A stretch of 50,112 nucleotides of DNA, counting the filler, from Basidioascus undulatus (lineage: Eukaryota), in NCBI GenBank assembly GCA_000826855.1. It is 3 parts of 3 records of this genome, joined end to end, with 100 filler letters (N's around TTAATTAATTAA, not from the genome) between each part and the next. Parts side by side here need not be neighbours in the genome. Positions count along the whole stretch, not along the records: positions 1 to 16,660 come from JTLS01000574.1; positions 16,761 to 33,420 come from JTLS01000575.1; 1 more part is not named here. The stretch is one strand, 5' to 3'. The translations under genes were made by a program, and so were the position numbers. Positions 13,137 through 24,388 of this stretch are shown piece by piece. The notes under the pieces were generated by a model. That model worked only from the letters and a program-made list of their open reading frames with translations. It ran no database searches and was not told where the DNA came from. Positions within the stretch are counted from its first letter, which is position 1. Each line of letters opens with the position of its first letter.

Positions 13137-13779
13137 GATCATGAAGCACTTCAATTGCACGTTTCCTTTGCCGCAGCTCATGTTCTCGCACTGCTGTTTG
13201 CGCTACTTCACATTCCTCGTCTCATCTCCTGTTCTCGCTTTGTCACCCACACACTGAAACACACCCCAACTTCTTCGCACCACCTGCATCGCACCGCTCA
13301 CAAGACATCATCTGTATTTGCTTCGCCCCCGGTACCCCGCTCGCTCGCCCTGTTGTACTTTCCGCGCCACGCTGATTACCAAAGTTTACCAGATAACATC
13401 ATGCACATTTGACACACACAAGCTTTGCTTTGCAAAAACGAGGGCATGGTATGGTATCGTGCAAAAGCGGGCAGAAGGGCCGGTGAGAGATGCGAGAGTG
13501 AAAGACAGGAGCGTGACGATGTCGGAGGGTAAAAATGCGAACGAAGCAAGCGAGATGTGGCGTGGCAAATACGGGGAATCTGGGTCGTGAGACTGTGTGT
13601 AGGGGTACGATGCGAAGAACAGGGATACGTGCAGCAAGAGAATGGAACGAAATCGAAAGCATGAAGGAAATAAGAACCGTGGAAGGTAAATGCAGCGCGC
13701 GGCAACAAGGGACAATGCAGAAAAGCGAATAAATCTCCGCATGGAAGACAGATGAACGGAAGCGGTAGGGTATCATGGA

Positions 13780-16660
13780 TCAATCGGACGTGCATCCTTC
13801 CGCCGAGCTTGGCGGCGAGGGCAAAGCGTCCAAGCGCTTTTGTAGCGCTGGCTCCGAGCGGCGGTAGGCCATATCCTTCGCCGACGACGCGTGCAAAAGC
13901 GCGTTGTCGTCCGGGGGCGGAGTGAGGGCGTCCTCCGGAGGGGGACGCATGACGGGCGTCGGAGGGGAGGTGACGGTCGTGCTCGAGGTCTTGGAGAGGG
14001 TGGTGGACGAGGAGGAAGACGTGGAAATCGGGGATGCGAGGACGGGGTACACGGGCTGCGGCTGCTCGATCACAGGGCTCGGGATGTCGGGCGGGCGCAG
14101 GCCCAGCGCGGCGAGCGCGGAGGAGGAGCTGCTCGCTGAGGGGAGAGAGAGGACTGCCCCGGCCCGGTCGAGCGAGACGGTCGACGCGCCTAGAGAGGTG
14201 AACGAGCGAGTCGACTCAGAGCGCAGGCCGGACGAGCGCAGGAGGCGGGGAGGATTGTGGCGAGAAGAGGTCGAGGAGGAGGTGGTGGAGGTGGATGGTG
14301 GTCGAAGATCGTATATGGATGTTGTGGAAGGGACGACCGACACGCTCGCGGCTGCTCGTCTGTGCACGGGCCGGCGGATCGTAGACATCGACGTTGATGC
14401 TGGCGGGCCCATCGACGACCCAATCGCGTCCCCGATGTCCGACACGATGCTGTGTGGCCTAGGCGACAGGGGCGTGATGTCCACGGGGCGAGCGAAGCCG
14501 TCGTCGGAGGGCGTGCTAAGCGGGCGGGAAGCGAGGACCTGGTGCGCGGCAGCGCTGTTCTTGCGCTCGCGCTGGAGCGACGGCGGCGGGGAGAACGATG
14601 TTGTCGAGCTCGCGGCCGTGCTGGCGTTCGAGGTGCGCCGCGGGCGGACGAACGACGTCCACCACGAGCCCTGCGGCTCCTCGGGCGGGGGCGAGCTCCG
14701 GCTGCTGATCATCGCTTCGTCGTCGGTCGCCCCGCCTGTGGAGCTGCCGAGGGAGAGGACCGAGTTGGGGCGGGAGCCCCACCGCGGCGGGGGAGATCGT
14801 GAGGCGGTGGGCGGGGGCGAAGTCGAGCCAGCCCCCGTCGTGACCGACGACCCAAACAGCGTGAGGGCCGTCCACCCGTCGAGGCTGAGTCTTCGCGAGC
14901 CCTGCTCAGCTGCAGGCTGGTCCGAGCGCGAGCGCGCCATCTCGGCAGCTGCTGGCCTGCCGATGCTGCGCGCGAGGGTCGATGCGCTCGTGTTGGAGCG
15001 GTTGAGGGACGAGCTGTGGCCCGGTGGTGCGGCTGCTGATGCTGGGGGCACGACGAGCGAGGGCGGGCGCGGAAGCGGCGGGCGCACGATGATCTGGGGT
15101 TTGATCGTGAGCTGGTCCTGCTGTCTGGAGCCCAGCAAGAGGCTCGTCGTGCGCTTGCGCGCGGGCGGTGTGTCGTCCCCTCCTGGTCCGGACTCGATCG
15201 TCGAAGGTGCAGGCGTGGTCCGCCCGGAGACGCTCGCATCCGCGGAAGGGAAGTCGACGCTCTCGTCCGCGTCCATCGTGCGTGTGCGCGGGAAGTACTT
15301 CTCCCTCGGGCCAGCCGAAGGGGGGTTCAGCGGCGGCAGGGGGGACGGCTCGGGCGTGGGCGTCGGGCTATTGGCCGCCAGCAAACGACCCGTAGGCAGA
15401 GAGCTGCGGCGCTCGCGCTTGACAGCGCCCACGTCCGTGGCTGCAGCGGCACGGGGGTTCTGGCTCTCGTTCGGGTCAAAGTCCGAGCCGAAGTTGACCG
15501 GCGCCGTAGTGGCGGCCCAGCCGCCTCCACCACCGTAGACGCTCGCGGGGCGACCGCCGGTACTCTGCCGAACGGGGCGCAGCGGCGGGCGCATCGCACC
15601 GCTTCGGCTTGAGGGGAGAGGGGGCCGCGAATGCGTAACGGGCCGGACGGGGGCAATGAAGGACGCGGGGTTCGGGACGAAGGCAGAGCACGGGTCGGAG
15701 GCGAGGAACTGAATGGCTGCTTGAAGGTTGACCATCGCGAAGCTGGGTGTGCTCAACCAAGTCAAATGAGCAAGTCGTCCAAGGGGGACGATAGAAGAAG
15801 GTGTGGGAACGCACCTCAGCTGCCCCTCCCTCTCGCTCTCCAGTGGCCCACTCAAGAACGCAAAGCTGCGCACGAACTGGTTCAAGCTCTCGAGGTCCTC
15901 GATCTCGGCGCGGACGAGCGCGTACGCGAGCAGCGGGATGAGCGTGTCTGTCGTGATAGCTCGCGCAGCGGTGTGCGTCTGTTGCGGGGGCAAGCTGCGT
16001 GTCGACGGGCGTCTCAGGGGTGGGGTCGGAGTGTGCACGACGGCCGAGCTCGACCGATGAAGGTCCACCGCGCCGACCAGCTCCTCCTCCTCCTCCCCGG
16101 TGCTCTCCACCGCGTGCGCGAGGTCCTCGATCGCCCCCCTCACAGCCCAGAGGCAGTCCATCGGCGTGCGTGCAGCGGGGGGCTGGGCCGCATCCTCCGC
16201 CCAGGGCGGCTCCTCGTCGCCGTTCTGGGGGCGGATGCGCCCGAGCGTGCGGATCGCCTTGGAGAGCGCCGAGCGCGAGAGGGAAGGCATGGACGGGTAC
16301 AGCTCGTGTGGCTTTAGACCCCGCGCGCGGTATGCGGACGTTATGGCGTTCGTTCGCGTGTCTTGCGGGGCGAGGCGCGGGTGGATCGACTCGTACACCA
16401 GCGGGTGCGTGAAGCCCATGACGATGCTGCGGGGGAGGGGTGTTGAATGAGAAGTGAGAGATGGGCAGAGATGGATGGTCAACGCACTTCTCCAGCACGC
16501 TCCCCAATTTGCTTCGTCCCCCAGCCAAAAGCGTCGCGAACGCCTCCGCCGCGCCGCTCCACTCCTGCGCGTCATCCTCCCTCTCCACCGCGCGGCGCAT
16601 GACGTCCCACGCGCGATCCAGCAGTCCGGTCCGCAATCTCCGGGCAGTCTGGATCTCGTA
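13780..16660 (-). CDS. VPS9-domain protein (Rab5-family GEF-like) with a long Ser/Pro-rich disordered C-terminus; 5' end truncated by linker
   Basis: TDTLIPLLAYALVRAEIEDLESLNQFVRSF...EGQL|SFAMVNLQAAIQFL matches the VPS9 D-x-L-x-P and G-x-x-x-(Y/F)-x-x-x-x-L motifs. Introns at ~16488-16427 and ~15816-15742. The frame is open into the N run. Confidence 0.75.
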
Positions 16661-16760
16661 NNNNNNNNNNNNNNNNNNNNNNNNNNNNNNNNNNNNNNNN
16701 NNNNTTAATTAATTAANNNNNNNNNNNNNNNNNNNNNNNNNNNNNNNNNNNNNNNNNNNN
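16661..16760. other. Artificial linker (44 N + TTAATTAATTAA + 44 N)
   Basis: A self-complementary 12-mer with stop codons in all six frames, embedded in an N run. This is a standard concatenation spacer, not biology. Confidence 0.97.
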
Positions 16761-18451
16761 TACGCACGGAACATGTGCGCGCGAGTCGGAGAGCACCGCA
16801 AGCTGTGCCGGTTCTCTTCCTTGTGTCGAGCTTCAAGTTGCTACCAAAATGCAAGCGGGGAACAATTAAGTTTCCAGGAAGCACAAAACGGCCAGAATCT
16901 GGTAGGTCACAGCGGGGACTCCCTGCGGCAGTTGCGTTCAACGCCAACTAATCACGCACTTCGGACAGCGAGAGCAGGTCCGCCATCTGCGTACAAGGCT
17001 TACCTTTCACAGCCATTTTAGAGTAAAGAGAAGATAATTTCTTGTTTTATTTGGACAATGAAAAGGAGAGGAAGGGATAATATTATCCAAAGGCTTGCTT
17101 GGGAAGTCGACGGTGGACTGGTGTGCCTAACAGTATCGTCGTTCAAGTTGATCGTCTACCCAAAGACACGCTGCCCCATTATACAACTCATTTTTTGACC
17201 AAAAAAAAGAAAGACATTGTTTGCTTGATCCGGATCCCTAGGCTCATAAGCTGTTTTCAGGCCATTAGGGCATTTAAAAGCTTCCACAATGAAGTCCACC
17301 GTGACACTCGGTGCAGCTGCCCGATTCGGAGAGGGCCTGCTCACTGGCATGCGCTCAATGTCGACGCGCCTTTGACATTCACTGCCTATAAGCACTCGTA
17401 CTTGTCCATACTCCTAGGAAAGAAAGAGTAGACAGGACCCTGTGTCGAGGAGAACCCGCGATCCTAGCGGGCGATGAAATTTTCGTCCACCACCTGTTAC
17501 TTGCCCTCCTCGTCCAAACATCACTCGATTTCAACTGTGTGCAACGGATCCATCGACCAGGAGGTAAGATTGCCTAGAAGCCCAGCTACATAAGTGTTAC
17601 TAGGTTGACAAGCTGTACCGCTACTAGTGTGTTTTGTGGCAGGAGTCTTGCTGCCATCCCAAAGGCAATTTAGCGGGAAACTGTCAACGGTCTACACGAT
17701 CTGACCAAGCAAGAAGACTATTAGTTTTCGTTCATTTATTTTGGATGAGCGCTTGACTTGGAAGTTTGGGAGACTGTGCAAGATGGCAGGCTCAAGTTGC
17801 CCTCTGACTCCAACTCCACACGCTCCACACGAACTTCAAGGGCGTTAATCTCTCCCTACAGCGCATTTCTGCACGGCCTGGATATAAAACTGTGAGTCTG
17901 GGCATCTCGGTTGGAAGAGCCCCTGGAAGATCACTTTCACTCCTGGACCCATACCTTGCTCGCTTTCAGAACACCAGCTGGACGGTGTCTGTGTTGCCGC
18001 CGCCCTAACAGGCCGCAGTGCTTCTGCTACGGTATTGGTTTGTATAAAGCTTCAGCCCGGCGAAGAGGAAGATTGCGTCTGAAAGCAACTTGAAAGGGTT
18101 TACATGCCTGCTGCAGCCGAAGGAGGGCGGACGTTTGACGCCGGGTCGGCCCGTCGACCGGCCCTGAATCTTGGCCTTGTAGAAGGCGCTTCATCACGTC
18201 TCCCTTCCCTTCCCCTTACCTTAACCCCCACATCCCCAAAACACTTCTATTTGACTGCCCGTTTGCCCCAGTGAGGACTCAAAGAGTCTGAAGGCTGCGT
18301 GCGCTAGATTCCGCTCTGCCTATTCTGTGCGTCCTGCGAGCTCAAGCTGTCTGAGCCAAGTCCGGCAGTCAGCGTTTCCGGATTCTGCGGCGCTCAGTCG
18401 CTCAACGCTCAACACATACATTGACTGACATCCCGTTACTCAGCTATCGCT

Positions 18452-21400
18452 ATGGACGTCGTCGAAACCCCCGCGCAAGCCGAGGCACAGCAGCCTTCCG
18501 CGGACCAGGCGACCGCCGAATCCGTCGCCCAGCCGCCTCTCGCCGACGCGTCGTTCCAGCCAGCTGTGCCGGCGCCTGACGCCCAGTCAGCTCCTGGCGA
18601 GCCTCCCAGCGCGGCAACCATCAACGGGGCGATCGCCGTTGAGGCGGGACGCGCCGCGCCCGCCGACACCGCGACTCCTGCTGAGCCAGCGGCCCCCCAT
18701 GCCTCACATCCCGCACATACCGATGCAGTCACCGTCAAAGCCGAATCGGCTACCCCTCAGCCCGAGTTCGTGAATGGCGGGACGCAGCCCGGCGACCCCA
18801 TCAAGCAGGAATCCGCCCCGCCTTCGCAGACGGCGCTCGCTCCCGCGCCGTCGTCCACCGAACTCAAACCTTCCGCATCTCCTTTGGCGTCCGTTGAGCC
18901 CACGCCCGCCCCTTCGACCCCGCCCATGGATGTCACTCCCGCGCCCGTGTCCACGCCCGTGCCCGTGGTGCCGGCGGTCCCGCGCACCCGCAAGGAGGCC
19001 TTGCTGGTGCGGGTCGCGGAGGAGCGCACGGACGCGGATGCGTGGCTTGAGCTCCTTGGAATAGTGGAGCGCGAGGGGAAGGACATGGTCGGCGCGGAGG
19101 TCGAGGTGTGGTGGCAGGAGATGACGGGCCTTTACGAGCGGTTCTTCGAGGTCTGGCCCCATGCGGTACGTCCGGTCTTCTTGATGAAGTTGTGCTGGAC
19201 GAGATCGCTGAGCTGGAGGCATTCCGCAGTCCAAGCAATATCAGGCCTACATCGAGCTCTCCCTCTCCACCTCCCACTTCGCCCACGTCGAAAATATCTA
19301 CAGCCGCGCGCTGCGGCCGACGCCTTCCGTCGACCTCTGGCAGTCATATATCGCCTATGTGCGGCGTACGAACGAGCCGCGCGGACCGGAGGGCCGGGAT
19401 ACCGTCGTGAAGGCGATTGAGTACGCCCTCAGCCACATTGGGCACGACCGGGAGGCGGGCGAGATCTGGAGGGACTATGCACATTACCTGCGTGACGGTC
19501 CGGTGCGTCGACGCCCTTTCCTTCGATGAGAGTCGCAGAGAGATGGTCGCTGAAGTGTTGTATTTTTCAGGCCACCAACACCTGGGAGGAGCAGCAGCGG
19601 ATGGACGCGATGCGAAGAACGTACCAGCGCGCGGTCGTCCTGCCGATCAACAACGTCGAGGCGATGTGGCGCGAGTGGGACGCGTTCGAGGGCAACCTCA
19701 ACCGAGTCACGGTACGTTGTTTTCCGATCGACGCCCGGTGGGGGCAGCGGTGCTCGGTGGCGAAGGTGTACGTGCTGACAAGCCGCTTTGCGCTTTCAAC
19801 CCTCTCCTTTCCGTTACCTTATATCCTGACCAATCCATTCAATCAATTCCCTGCGCTCCGTCCGCGTCGTGCTTTGGGTGCTCGCTAAATTTCGCACAAC
19901 CGCAATGCTCGCATGCCGTCTGCGTCCCGGTCTGCTCTCTTTCTCCTCGGCATTCGCTGCGGACCCGGATTTACAGGCCAAGAAGTTCCTCGCCGATCGT
20001 TCGCCGGCGTACATGAGTGCGCGTTCGGCGCTCCGCGAGCTGCGCACGCTCAGTGACGGCCCGCTCTTCCTCTTCCGCGCTGACAGCCTGCCGGTGCGTC
20101 CTACGTGGACCGAGGGCGAGCGGGCGCGGATCGCCGGCTGGAAGCGGTACCTCGCGTGGGAGGAGACCAACCCGCTCGACATCGAGGACGAGAACGTCCT
20201 CCGCGCGCGCATCACGTACGCGTACCGCAAGGCGATCATGCACATGCGGTTCTACCCGGAGATCTGGCCAGTCGACTTCGTATCGCAGGGTTTGGTGGTT
20301 TCAAATGCTGATCCTTGACGTTGCTTCGGTGTTCCAGGTTCAAAGCCGCGCACTACCAGAAGACCATCGGCCGCGATGACGAGGCGCTCTTGCTTCTCAA
20401 GCAGGGCAGCGAGGCCAACCCGGGCAGGTGTGCTAGTTTCTTTGGCCGTCCTTCCGTAGCATGCGGTTGACACGTCCATCCATTACAGCTTCCTCTTGAC
20501 CTTCGCTCTCGCTGAAGCAGAGGAGACGCGCAAGGACTACGCCGCCGCGCACGCGACCTACTCGCGGCTCATCGAGCACATCAGCAGCGAGATCAAAAAG
20601 ACCGAGGCGTCGATCGCGAACGAGCTCGGCGAGCTAGAGGCGCCTCTGCGCGCGCCGCTAGAGGTCATCCCCGGCGAGAATGAGGGCGAGACGCGCGAAC
20701 GGCGGAGGACTGTCGAGACGGACGTCGCGGAGAAGAAGGACGCCGTGAGCAAGCGGCGCGCGAAGGAGGTGGAGGAGCTTGCGAAGGGAGCGGGGAACGT
20801 TTGGACGTCGCGCATGCGATTTGCACGGCGGGCAGAGGTACGTTAACTACTTTGTTGTGCGATGGGCTTGGGGTCTCCGGAGCTAACGCGTGCGGCTGCA
20901 GGGCATCAAAGCGGCCCGGGCAGTATTCAAGGAGGCCCGAGGCTGGTCGCACTGCACGTGGCACGTCTATGAAGCTGGCGGTGCGTAAATCTTCACTTCT
21001 AAGCGCGAACGCACTGTGCTGACTGTCAGTCGCTCGTGTAGCCATGATGGAGTACCACGGCAGTAAGGACCCCGTCGTCGCTACCAAGATCTTCGAGCTC
21101 GGCCTGAAGAAGTTCCCGCTCGAGGTCGACTTTGTTACCCACTACCTCGACTTCCTCATCTTCATCAACGACGACGGCAGTGCGTACTTACCCCTCCTGC
21201 TCTTTGCGCTGTCAGTTTCCTGATCTATTACATGTCTTACAGACGCGCGCGCCCTCTTCGAGCGTGTCGCACCGACGCTGCCGAGCGACAAGGCACGTCC
21301 GCTGTGGTCGCGCTGGGCTATGTACGAGTACGGCTACGGCGACCTCGCAGCCGCGCTGAAGTTCGAGGCCCGTCTGGCCGAGGCCTTCCCTGAGGGTAAA

Positions 21401-22174
21401 TGTATATTGCCTCGCCTGGATTGCAGAACGGAATCGCTGACCTTTGACCTGTTGATGCAGAGCAACCGATCAAGCGTCTCGCCGAACGGCATACCCATTT
21501 GCGGATCGATAAGATCGCCTCGACCGACCTCGGCTTCGGCATCAAGCCCCCGTCGACCGTCGCGGCGGCGCAGTCGTCGATGCCCGCGGCCGCGAACAAG
21601 CGTGTGGCGGCAGATGAGCACGCTGACCGCAAGGATGACCGCGCTAAGCGCTCGCGGCGGGAGTCGGCTTCGCCCGCGCCCTCTGTCGGCGGCGGCGGAG
21701 ACCGCAAACCATCTGGACCGCCCCCGGCAGTCAAGGGCCGCTACAACAGTCCTGCGCCGCAGGCACCGCCACCATCCCGCCCGCTCAACGACCCGCTCTC
21801 GCTATTCCTTAGCCAACTGCCGAACCCGCGGGCTTTCGATGGTACGCCTTTCCGACTTTTTCGGCCTCTTGTGTGCTCGGATTTGAGGCTGACATCCCCT
21901 GCATCTGTTGCCAGGTCCCATCGTGAGCGTCGACGACTGCATTATTGCCATACGCTCCATGGTCCTGCCCTCGATGCCTGCCCAAGGGGGACCGGGGCCA
22001 GCTGCGCGCGGTGGTCCGCCGCTTCCGCCACCTGACGTGGGTCGTGTGAGAAGGGGTAAGCGACGATCTTCTCAGGTTGTGCAGTTGTTGGAGTTTGTCG
22101 CTGATGTGAGCTCTGGGGAATTAGGCTCGCCCGATTATGCGTACCGTGGGCCTGCTGGCGGATACAGGCGCTGA
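18452..22174 (+). CDS. RNA14: mRNA 3'-end processing factor Rna14/CstF-77 (HAT repeats, Suf family), multi-exon
   Basis: [139 protein letters not shown]. Introns are consistent throughout. Confidence 0.93.
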
Positions 22175-22610
22175 TGGATCATGGACGATTGGAGGAAATG
22201 TACTTGCATGCATAACGATACCTTTATTGCGTGACTCGTTCACCGCGACGGTTATTTGACTGGCCGAGCTGGACACTGAGAAGCCGTAGCACAACCGATG
22301 GGAACCGTCTCGCAGACTTTCTCTTCGTATCACGCCATCTTTAACGGCATGCCTCCCCCGCATGCAAGGGCAGAGATTGTGTCTTCATTGATCAGGACTC
22401 CACAGGTCCGCAAAGCGACGAACATGAACACGCAAAGGAACAGGGCAACGAAGGCGTTTCGCCAGTCGACCTGACTGGCCATCAAAGTTGCCCCTTCCAA
22501 ACAAACGCTAAACGGCTATTGTACACCACGAAGCGCTTTCGATGGTTCATTATGAAACTAGTAATACAGCATGCGAAGAGTACAACAGCGATGCGGATGA
22601 AGGTGTGCGT

Positions 22611-23046
22611 CTACTGGCCGAAACCGTAGAGGACGCGGCCCTGGCGCTTCAGGGCGTAGACGACGTCGAGGGCAGTAACCGTCTTTCGCTTTGCGTGCTC
22701 AGTGTAAGTAACCTGTCGATAATATAAAGCGTAAGAGCGACATCCAACAAAAGATAGGTGAGGGAAGAGGCCACTGACCGAGTCGCGGATGACGTTTTCC
22801 AAGAAGACCTTAAGGACGCCGCGCGTCTCCTCGTAGATGAGGCCAGAGATACGCTTGACACCACCACGGCGAGCGAGACGGCGGATGGCGGGCTTGGTGA
22901 TGCCTTGGATGTTGTCGCGAAGGATCTTGCGGTGGCGCTTGGCACCTGGGGAGCGAGAGCCATCAGAACCTGCGAAAAACACGACAAGACCGCATGCACG
23001 CACCGCCCTTGCCGAGACCCTTGCCGCCCTTGCCGCGACCAGACAT
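22611..23046 (-). CDS. HHF1: Histone H4 (2 introns)
   Basis: [103 protein letters not shown]. Confidence 0.98.
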
Positions 23047-23788
23047 GATGTGTAGAGTGTTGTTAGGGGTGTGTGGCGAGTGGGGTGTATGCGAGTGCGG
23101 AGACCGGAGTCTGCTGGGTGTGTGCGAGGCGGGATGAGCGATGTGGAAACAGTGGCGAAGAAGTGCGCCTTTTGAATGGGTTGGAGGGGGCCGCGCGGGT
23201 CAGCGGATCAGATGCGCCACTCTCGGAATCAGGCAGTCAAATTCCTCTGATTGCGCAGCTGGCCAATCAGAGCGAGGGTAACCCAAGGAAGACGCTGCCT
23301 GCGCATCAGAAGTTGGATCAAGTCCGCTCGACTTTCGCTGTATCACTTGACCACTCGTTCCTTTCTCTGTCTTCTGTCCGTCAACGTGATGCCCAGAAAT
23401 TTTGTATTTCAATAAATTCCATATGAAAAGCCATAGCTGTAGCAGCTAGGAAAATACAAACGGCGTCAGCAAGAAAGCGTTGCTGTAACTGCAAGCGCGT
23501 CGCAGGCGAAACGCGCCTGATCATTTCTTGTCTACGTGTCCTTCGTCTTCCTTCGCCTAGCATACACTCGCAATCACACAGGCGCTCGACTCGATCTGAT
23601 CCGCCCCGGCAATCACAGCATGGAACAAACAAGTGTCCGTTGATTGTGATTGCCCGCCGGAGGGAGCGAAAGTTACAAGAGGGCGTCCCTTCGAGGTGGA
23701 CTTTCTCCCTCATTCGCTACTCGCACTTCGCACTTGCACCACTTCGCATTCGCACTCGCACTCGCACTCGCACAAACACTCAGCTACA
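23047..23788. promoter_or_regulatory. Bidirectional H4/H3 promoter region
   Basis: 742 bp between head-to-head H4 and H3 ATGs. It contains a CCAAT box (GGCCAATCAG ~23261), CGCG-core motifs (~23193, 23497-23516) and TCGCAC repeats before H3. Divergent H3-H4 pairs are the standard fungal arrangement. Confidence 0.7.
23721..23773 (+). repeat. Imperfect (TCGCAC)n hexamer tandem in the H3 5' leader
   Basis: tcgcac-t-tcgcac-ttgcac-cac-t-tcgcat-tcgcac-tcgcac-tcgcac-tcgcac, read directly from the sequence. Confidence 0.8.
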
Positions 23789-24388
23789 ATGGCCCGCACG
23801 AAGCAGACCGCCCGCAAGTCCACCGGTGGCAAGGCTCCCCGTAAGCACTTGAACGTGGCCTCGAGTTCCCCAGCTTCAACTCACGCATACATCCATCTTC
23901 CAGGCAAGCAACTCGCTACCAAGGCTGCCCGCAAGACCGCCCCCGCTGCCGCCGGCGGTGTCAAGAAGCCCCACCGCTACCGCCCCGGTACCGTCGCCCT
24001 CCGCGAGATCCGTCGGTACCAGAAGTCGACGGAGCTTCTCATCCGGAAGCTCCCCTTCCAGCGCCTTGTCCGTGAGATCGCGCAGGACTTCAAGGTGCGT
24101 GTGGTACTTCGTTGGCTGGTTCCAGATAACGATGCTGACTCTGGGCTGCCTCTTCAGACGGACCTCCGCTTCCAGTCCTCCGCCGTCCTCGCCCTCCAGG
24201 AGGCCTCCGAGGCCTACCTTGTCTCGCTTTTCGAGGACACTAACGTACGTTTACATTATATTCCTCTCAATTAGAGGATTAAACTCACATGTAATCAACC
24301 ATAGCTCGCGGCCATCCACGCCAAGCGCGTCACCATCCAGACCAAGGATATCCAGCTCGCCCGCCGTCTTCGTGGCGAACGTCTATGA
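23789..24388 (+). CDS. HHT1: Histone H3 (3 introns)
   Basis: [137 protein letters not shown]. Confidence 0.98.

Noticed and set aside
13137..13779. Sharp pyrimidine-rich to purine-rich strand switch
   Set aside because: Explained by the convergent 3'UTRs of SDS23 and the VPS9 gene.
13904..15538. 544-aa + strand ORF, and similar long antisense or alternate-frame ORFs over the RBR, ASE1 and repeat-protein genes (e.g. 34845-35957 poly-Leu/Val, 49140-50057)
   Set aside because: These are shadow ORFs of GC-rich coding sequence on the opposite strand or frame, with no independent motifs.
16705..16716. TTAATTAATTAA palindrome as a piggyBac TTAA target or regulatory site
   Set aside because: It is embedded in N runs and repeated identically at 33465-33476, so it is an artificial spacer.
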